From: Bacteroidales bacterium
Lineage (GTDB): Bacteria; Bacteroidota; Bacteroidia; Bacteroidales; UBA4181
Length of the DNA stretch: 64,000 bases
Reading direction: 5' to 3'
NCBI GenBank assembly: GCA_017523725.1
Contig: JAFWVY010000058.1
Span: 1-64,000 of the forward strand
This document shows positions 58,601 through 64,000 of the stretch, in pieces. Both the position numbers and the translations under genes were made by a program. Under the pieces are notes generated by a model. That model ran no database searches. It was not told the DNA's origin and saw only the letters and a list, made by a program, of their open reading frames with translations. How positions within the stretch are numbered: the first letter of the stretch is position 1; each line of letters opens with the position of its first letter.

Positions 58601-59407
58601 ATGCGCACTGTAAAACTCGTCACAATCCTGCTCGCCGCCTGGTGCTGCGTGTACAACCTGCAGGCACAGGTTACCGTCATCGATCCGCTCACCGAGTATC
58701 CGATGATCGAACGTCCCAACGCCCAGCCGGGTGAGAAACTCACCTTCAACATCCGTTTCGGCATCATCAACGGCGGCCAGGCCTTCATCGAACTGAAGAC
58801 CGACACGCTGGGCGGACGCCAACTCTGGCATTCAACGCTCATCGGCCGCACCAGCGGCATGGTGGACAAATTTTTCAAGGTGTACGACATCTACGAAAGC
58901 TGGTTCGACAGCACCACCATCGTACCGGTCAAAGCCATCCGCAACATCCAGGAAGGCCGGTACCGCTATTACGACCAGATTTCCTACCATCCCGGACTCC
59001 CCTACGTGTCGAGCGAAAAACACGGACAGGTGACCGTGCCCGAGAAAGTGCTGGACATGGCCTGCGTGCTTTACTATGCCCGCATGGTTTCCTTCGAGAA
59101 ACTGCAGAAGGACGACATGATCAACATCGACACCTATTTTGGCGGGGACTATTTCCCGTTCCAGCTCATCTACAGAGGAAAGGAAGTCGTCAAGACATCG
59201 ATGGGCACCTTCTCCTGCCTGCGCATCGGCCCGGTGGTCGAACCAGGCCGTGTCTTTGCCAAGAACGACGACATGATGCTGTGGCTGACCGACGATGAAA
59301 ACCGCCTGCCGGTCCGCATCCAGTTCGACGTCTGGGCCGGCTCGTTCAGGTGCGACCTTATCGCGGCGGAGAACGTAAAGTTCCCGCTCAAGGCGAAAAT
59401 CAAGTAA
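58601..59407 (+). CDS. DUF3108-like secreted protein
   Basis: Signal peptide MRTVKLVTILLAAWCCVYNLQAQ; GEKLTFNIRFGIINGGQAFIELK resembles the DUF3108 N-terminal motif. Confidence 0.5.
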   Translation: MRTVKLVTILLAAWCCVYNLQAQVTVIDPLTEYPMIERPNAQPGEKLTFNIRFGIINGGQAFIELKTDTLGGRQLWHSTLIGRTSGMVDKFFKVYDIYESWFDSTTIVPVKAIRNIQEGRYRYYDQISYHPGLPYVSSEKHGQVTVPEKVLDMACVLYYARMVSFEKLQKDDMINIDTYFGGDYFPFQLIYRGKEVVKTSMGTFSCLRIGPVVEPGRVFAKNDDMMLWLTDDENRLPVRIQFDVWAGSFRCDLIAAENVKFPLKAKIK

Positions 59408-59410
59408 CGG

Positions 59411-60187
59411 TCAGTTGTCGAAAAACTTGACCAGCACGTCGCTCTGCAGCGTCAGCGAAAGCATGTCGGCGACGAATCCCTTGTTCATGGCGACTTCGAG
59501 GCAGCCCGACGTATTGAAGAGAGCAACCAGCTCTCCTTCGGGCACATCCGCATACCGCTGTGAAATCCTGCTGATGCGGTAGTGCGACGATCCCATCCAG
59601 ATTTCGAACTTCCGGCCGCGCTGCAAGCGCGTGAAATCCTCTTTTGTGATATTGGTGACCACGTTGCGGTAGCTGTCGATGTAGATGACCCGTCCCCGCA
59701 TGGCGGATGACGTCAGGGAAGGCAGCAGCCGGTGCATCGTGACCTGCAGTTCGCAGGGGGAGCCCAAGTCGGACAAGGCGGCGCCCCGCGCCAGGTCCAC
59801 CGCCGCAGGAATCAGCACCGACAAGGCCACAAACGAAGGATTCGCGTCCGCCGTGTACTTTTCAATGCACACCGTCTCGTCGGGTGGCGTGTCCGTCAGC
59901 AGCCCCGCAAAACCATTATCCGCCCCGACAAAAAAATGGCCGTCGAAACGAAACGCAACCGGCGGCGTCCGACGCCCCTCGCTGTTCACCGACAACACAT
60001 GTACCGTGCCCGGCGGAAAATGGCGGTAACTCTCCCGCAGCACATAGGCGGCCTCCACAATCTGGTACGGCGTCACATGATGCGACAGCACGACAACGTG
60101 TGCTTCGGGCAGCATCCGGAGCACCGCCCCCTGCGCCATGCCGGCATACATATCGTCACCCCAGTCGGTTGTAAATGTGATGGTCAC
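59411..60187 (-). CDS. SAM hydroxide adenosyltransferase family protein (DUF62; fluorinase/chlorinase-like fold)
   Basis: ITFTTDWGDDMYAGMAQGAVL, VHVLSVNSEG, FFVGADNGFAG and a C-terminal EVAMNKG-containing beta-barrel domain. GTG start at 60187. Confidence 0.7.
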   Translation of the reverse strand: MTITFTTDWGDDMYAGMAQGAVLRMLPEAHVVVLSHHVTPYQIVEAAYVLRESYRHFPPGTVHVLSVNSEGRRTPPVAFRFDGHFFVGADNGFAGLLTDTPPDETVCIEKYTADANPSFVALSVLIPAAVDLARGAALSDLGSPCELQVTMHRLLPSLTSSAMRGRVIYIDSYRNVVTNITKEDFTRLQRGRKFEIWMGSSHYRISRISQRYADVPEGELVALFNTSGCLEVAMNKGFVADMLSLTLQSDVLVKFFDN

Positions 60188-60190
60188 CTG

Positions 60191-60234
60191 AAAAAAAAAG
60201 GAGAATTGCGTACGGCAAAGATACGCAATTCTCC
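60191..60234 (-). terminator. Rho-independent terminator of clpB (minus strand)
   Basis: Perfect 13-bp inverted repeat ggagaattgcgta-cggcaaaga-tacgcaattctcc, followed on the minus strand by T9 (the A-run 60191..60199 on plus). It lies 27 nt after the clpB stop. Confidence 0.8.
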
Positions 60235-60260
60235 TCGTTAATATTGCCAGGTGGCAGGAA

Positions 60261-62417
60261 TCAGTTGCTGAAGCTGCACGCGCCGTCCGGGCCGGCCGTC
60301 ATGGCGATACGCTGCGACGGCTGCAATTCCCCGGACAGGATTTTGGTCGACAATACATTCAACACACGCTTCTGTATCAGACGCTTGATTGGACGCGCGC
60401 CGAACTGCGGATCGTACCCGTCGCGGGCCAGCTGCGCGACCGCCGCATCGTCGAAATCGAGCGTGATATGGTTTTCTTCCAACCGGCGCTGCACCTGCTG
60501 CAACTGCAAGCGGACCACCGATTCGATTTCGCTGAGCGAAAGCGGACTGAACACCACAATCTCGTCGATACGGTTCAGGAACTCCGGCCGCACCGCCTGT
60601 TTCAGCAGTGCATTCACCTCCGTACGGGCCTCGGCGGTCAGCCGCTCGCGGTTCTCGTCCGTCAGGTGCGCCATCTTTTCCATCAGAATCTGCGAACCCC
60701 GATTCGAAGTCATGATAATGATGGTGTTCTTGAAATTCACCGTCCGGCCCTTGTTGTCGGTCAACCGGCCGTCATCCAGCACCTGCAGCAACACGTTGAA
60801 CACATCGGGATGAGCCTTCTCGATTTCATCCAACAACACGACCGAATAAGGTTTGCGCCGCACCGCTTCGGTCAGCTGACCGCCTTCGTCGTATCCCACA
60901 TAGCCCGGAGGTGCGCCGACCAGCCGGGAGACAGTATGGCGTTCCTGGTATTCGGACATGTCGATTCGCGTCATCATCGATTCGTCGTTGAACAGAAACT
61001 CGGCCAGCGCCTTTGCCAGCTCCGTCTTGCCCACACCCGTGGTACCCAGGAAAATGAACGACCCGATGGGGCGCTTGGCATCCGACAGACCGGCCCGGTT
61101 GCGCCGCACGGCTTCCGCCACCGCCCGGATGGCTTCGTCCTGCCCGACCACGCGCCGGTGCAGTTCCTCCTCCAGATGCAGCAACTTTTCGCGCTCGCTC
61201 TGCAGCATGCGCGCCACCGGAATACCCGTCCAGCGGGCCACGACCTCGGCGATATCCTCCGCCGTCACCTCTTCCTTTATCAACGCCTTGCCGTCCTGCC
61301 GGTCGCGCAGCGATTGCTGCAACGCATTGATTTTCTCCTCCGTCTGACGGATCTTGCCATAACGCAGTTCCGCCACCCGGCCGTAGTCGCCGTCGCGCTC
61401 CGCCTGCTTCGCCTCCAACTTGAAACCCTCGATGGCCTTCTTGCCTTCCTGAATCTGCGCCACGACCGCCTTCTCGGCCTGCCAGGCCTCGCGCATCTTA
61501 CGGTATTCCGCCGAAAGGGAGTCGATTTCTACAGAGAGTTCCTTGAGCTTGACCGTATCGTTCTCACGCCGGATTGCCGCCCGTTCAATCTCCAACTGGC
61601 GGATCTTGCGGTCCAGCAAATCGATTTCTTCGGGCACCGAGTCCATCTCCAGACGCAGTTTCGCCGCCGCCTCATCGATCAGGTCGATGGCCTTGTCCGG
61701 CAGGAAACGATCTGTGATATAGCGTTCCGACAGATTCACTGCCGCCAGGATGGCCTCATCCTTGATCCGCACCTGATGGTGCGTCTCGTAACGTTCCTTC
61801 AGACCACGCAGAATCGAAACAGCATCCGCCGTGTCCGGCTCGTCGATCATCCCCGACTGGAAACGACGCTCCAGCGCCTTATCCTTCTCGAAATATTTCT
61901 GATACTCATCGAGCGTCGTGGCACCGATGGCCCGCAAATCACCACGCGCCAGGGCAGGTTTCAGGATGTTGGCCGCATCCATGGCACCGCTGGTCTGACC
62001 TGCCCCGACCAAGGTATGAATCTCATCGATAAACAAGATGACCTCGCCGTCAGATTCAATGACCTCCTTGACCACAGCCTTCAGACGCTCCTCAAATTCA
62101 CCCTGATACTTGGCTCCGGCAATCAAAGCACCCATATCCAGCGAATAGACCTGTTTGGACTTCAGGTTTTCCGGGACATCCCCGTTGACAATACGGTGCG
62201 CCAGCCCTTCAGCAATGGCCGTTTTACCCACACCCGGCTCTCCGATAAGAATGGGATTGTTTTTCGTACGACGCGACAGAATCTGCAGCACCCGGCGAAT
62301 CTCCTCCTCACGTCCGATAACCGGATCCAGTTTGCCGCTGCGCGCCCGTTCGTTCAGGTTGATGGCGAAGCGACCCAATGCCTCGCGCGACGTCTGCTGA
62401 TTATTATTCGTATTCAT
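60261..62417 (-). CDS. clpB: ClpB-type Hsp100 disaggregase lacking the N-terminal domain (718 aa; NBD1, M-domain and NBD2 present)
   Basis: Starts [42 protein letters not shown]. This aligns to about residue 145 of E. coli ClpB, the ClpB80 internal start region. NBD1 has GEPGVGKT, the M-domain is a long coiled-coil, and NBD2 has [15 protein letters not shown]. The upstream 260 bp is AT-rich non-coding with no room for an N-domain. Confidence 0.85.
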   Translation of the reverse strand: MNTNNNQQTSREALGRFAINLNERARSGKLDPVIGREEEIRRVLQILSRRTKNNPILIGEPGVGKTAIAEGLAHRIVNGDVPENLKSKQVYSLDMGALIAGAKYQGEFEERLKAVVKEVIESDGEVILFIDEIHTLVGAGQTSGAMDAANILKPALARGDLRAIGATTLDEYQKYFEKDKALERRFQSGMIDEPDTADAVSILRGLKERYETHHQVRIKDEAILAAVNLSERYITDRFLPDKAIDLIDEAAAKLRLEMDSVPEEIDLLDRKIRQLEIERAAIRRENDTVKLKELSVEIDSLSAEYRKMREAWQAEKAVVAQIQEGKKAIEGFKLEAKQAERDGDYGRVAELRYGKIRQTEEKINALQQSLRDRQDGKALIKEEVTAEDIAEVVARWTGIPVARMLQSEREKLLHLEEELHRRVVGQDEAIRAVAEAVRRNRAGLSDAKRPIGSFIFLGTTGVGKTELAKALAEFLFNDESMMTRIDMSEYQERHTVSRLVGAPPGYVGYDEGGQLTEAVRRKPYSVVLLDEIEKAHPDVFNVLLQVLDDGRLTDNKGRTVNFKNTIIIMTSNRGSQILMEKMAHLTDENRERLTAEARTEVNALLKQAVRPEFLNRIDEIVVFSPLSLSEIESVVRLQLQQVQRRLEENHITLDFDDAAVAQLARDGYDPQFGARPIKRLIQKRVLNVLSTKILSGELQPSQRIAMTAGPDGACSFSN

Positions 62418-62703
62418 GATTTCCTACATTTTTTCTGACGTCTGCTTCAAACTTCCGGCCAGCATCATAATGAGGACAAAATGTCTTGAATGATTATATT
62501 TTTATGACAGCTTGTCACACGCACAAGAAAGTTACAAAACACCCGCCTTTATAGGCAACCTCCGATTGACTTTCCAACACGGTTGAATTGATAGTTGATA
62601 ATACTTTTTTTTGCATTTTCATGATTAATGTTATATCTTGCCGCCGGATGAAGAATCCTGAACAACGCCGGAACATTTGTCACTCATAATTAAATCCCTT
62701 ACC

Positions 62704-63471
62704 ATGAATAAGTTTTGTCTAATTCTATTATCTGTTCTGACGGGATTATGTTCGTGTTCGGTTATAGACAGTGATTCCGCACGTACCAAGCCGGATTTCG
62801 GCCAGAGGAATATATCGCTCGGTTTCGACAACCGGAAACAATACCAGGACACGTGGCAGGCATACATTAACAGTTGCTCGGAATCCCTGCTTGCAATAGG
62901 CACCGCCCACGCTGAAAGAGGGAGCAAGGCACATCCCGATGGCTTATCTCCTTTTTATGACGCGCTTTTGAACCATCCGTCCGAAATTTCGGTTCATGTT
63001 ATTCCAGTATATATGGTGTCTTATGCCGATTATCAGCAGGCGGCGGCTGAGGCCAGACTCACGGATGTTGCCCGGTTGGACACCAGCCGGATAAGAGGTT
63101 TATTTGTATTCAAAAACGAAGTGATTGGTGCTTGCAAGGCAAAGGTCAGTCGTTCCGAGCTGTCAGTCAAGTCATGGTCCGACATGACACAAAAAGCTTA
63201 TCACAATGAAAGTCTCTCGGATAATGCCGAAGGGAAGTACCTAGCGTACATGTTGGAACAAGGAAAGAACATCTTCTACCTGAATACTGTCACCGACACA
63301 GCATCCAGCACAAATTTTTGGCCGTCAGGGTATGGAGATATTTGCTTTGCACAAAAGGACCAGATTATGTTCATCCGGTGGAATGAATTGCTCAACAAGG
63401 TTGAGACTGGCGATATGCAGGACTTTTTCAAGCTACGGCTTGCCCAGCGTAACGACGGACTGATTCACTAA
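62704..63471 (+). CDS. Hypothetical lipoprotein (family unknown), first of a tandem paralogous pair in a low-GC region
   Basis: MNKFCLILLSVLTGLCSCS (lipobox). Conserved blocks TKPDFGQRNISLGFDNRKQYQDTWQAYINSCSESLLA and DVARLDTSR are shared with the next gene. Confidence 0.6.
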   Translation: MNKFCLILLSVLTGLCSCSVIDSDSARTKPDFGQRNISLGFDNRKQYQDTWQAYINSCSESLLAIGTAHAERGSKAHPDGLSPFYDALLNHPSEISVHVIPVYMVSYADYQQAAAEARLTDVARLDTSRIRGLFVFKNEVIGACKAKVSRSELSVKSWSDMTQKAYHNESLSDNAEGKYLAYMLEQGKNIFYLNTVTDTASSTNFWPSGYGDICFAQKDQIMFIRWNELLNKVETGDMQDFFKLRLAQRNDGLIH

Positions 63472-63514
63472 AACATCCGTCCGCATTTCCAGGACAATTT
63501 TATACGTTATTCAA

Positions 63515-64000
63515 ATGAACACAGTACGTATTATCATCCTATTTATGCTGGTAAGCACGTATTCGTGCTCCGTCACAAATAGCAATGCCTCCAGCACAAA
63601 GCCCGATTTCGGAAAGACGAATACATCGCTCCGCTTCGACAACCGGGAGCAATACCAGGACAAGTGGCAGACGTACCTGAACAGCTGCTCGGAAACTCTG
63701 CTTGCACAAGCTGTCGCCCACTCCGAGAAAGAACACAAAAGAATACTTGACATGGACAATCTCCCTCCGGAGGAAAGACGCAGATTGAAACTTCTTGGCA
63801 TGACACAAACATTTCCTTTGCACGACATCCTTTTGAACCATGCTTCCGAAATCACGGTGAAAGTTGTTCCGGTATATACCATAAACTCTGACGATTTTTT
63901 ACAATTCACCGTCGAGACGCCTTTTTCGGATGTCGCCCGGCTTGACACCTGCAGAATGAGTTGTTATTTCATGCTGGAAGGCGAAATAATCGGCGCATAC
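63515..64000 (+). CDS. Hypothetical lipoprotein, paralog of the 62704..63471 gene; 3' end beyond the window
   Basis: ATG 63515: MNTVRIIILFMLVSTYSCSVTNSNASSTKPDFGKTNTSLRFDNREQYQDKWQTYLNSCSETLLAQ...DVARLDTCR... The frame stays open to the window end and is not in the ORF track because no stop is reached. It is clearly homologous to the preceding gene, with one insertion. Confidence 0.6.
   Translation, partial: MNTVRIIILFMLVSTYSCSVTNSNASSTKPDFGKTNTSLRFDNREQYQDKWQTYLNSCSETLLAQAVAHSEKEHKRILDMDNLPPEERRRLKLLGMTQTFPLHDILLNHASEITVKVVPVYTINSDDFLQFTVETPFSDVARLDTCRMSCYFMLEGEIIGAY

Noticed and set aside
57381-60224. Exact 14-mer tacggcaaagatac present both in the argF'/proB divergent promoter region (57381..57394, with a related tatggcaaagtta at 57421) and in the loop/stem of the clpB terminator (60211..60224). 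Considered as a shared regulatory motif, for example an ArgR-type box.
   Set aside because: In a 64 kb window several exact 14-mer coincidences are expected by chance (N^2/2 divided by 4^14 is of order 5 to 10). Without further copies or symmetry it is not significant.
60468-62438. 656-aa plus-strand ORF antisense to clpB. Other long antisense ORFs of the same kind: 32507..34189 minus (antisense to batB), 34987..36003 minus (antisense to batD), 358..810 minus, 13561..14196 minus, 15760..16713 minus, 17245..18525 minus.
   Set aside because: They are typical stop-codon-poor antisense frames of high-GC genes. The sense strands encode proteins with unambiguous conserved motifs. The antisense translations are low-complexity (Arg/Ala/Gly-rich) with no recognisable domains.

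Overview
This 64 kb window looks like a high-GC Bacteroidales chromosome segment, possibly Rikenellaceae or Alistipes-like; Bacteroides-type TAnnTTTG promoter elements are present. Most of it is conserved housekeeping sequence. I can support the following from the sequence.

- Start of window: a tRNA-Met(CAT), a convergent rimM/rpsP pair, dtd, a DUF4271/HemD-like pair, rnpA-yidD, ribH plus a TPR gene, a large Ig-like lipoprotein, a U32 peptidase, recX-ribD and prmC.
- A small glycan-utilisation-like cluster follows: a divergently transcribed CE15 glucuronoyl esterase and GH78 alpha-L-rhamnosidase, then an S9 peptidase, an MFS transporter, a C_GCAxxG_C_C protein and a convergent Ser-type (SAPSR) sulfatase. 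Both CAZymes carry unusual internal Gly/Phe(Met)-rich insertions. The first 75 nt of the window encode the N-terminus of a radical SAM protein that looks like an anaerobic sulfatase-maturating enzyme.
- An exbB / small membrane protein / exbD / exbD cluster with a strong terminator and no tonB.
- A bPH-like membrane protein, a flotillin/NfeD pair and galK.
- A complete Bat aerotolerance locus (moxR, DUF58, hypothetical, batA, fused batB/C with a Q/D/N-rich tail, batD, batE), followed by an EEP-family hydrolase.
- An RND efflux triad (membrane fusion protein, pump, outer membrane factor) plus a DUF3078 beta-barrel protein.
- A prs-rplY(ctc)-pth-hslR operon, engB, and an SPT-like alpha-oxoamine synthase.
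- ygiQ, radA, argH-argE-argF' divergent from proB, a DUF3108 protein, a SAM hydroxide adenosyltransferase (DUF62), and a ClpB that lacks the N-terminal domain.
- The window ends in a low-GC patch with tandem paralogous lipoprotein genes that continue past the edge.

I found no CRISPR array, rRNA, transposase or integrase. The most unusual items are the shared Gly-rich insertions in the adjacent CAZymes, the N-domain-less ClpB, and the low-GC tandem lipoprotein array at the window edge.
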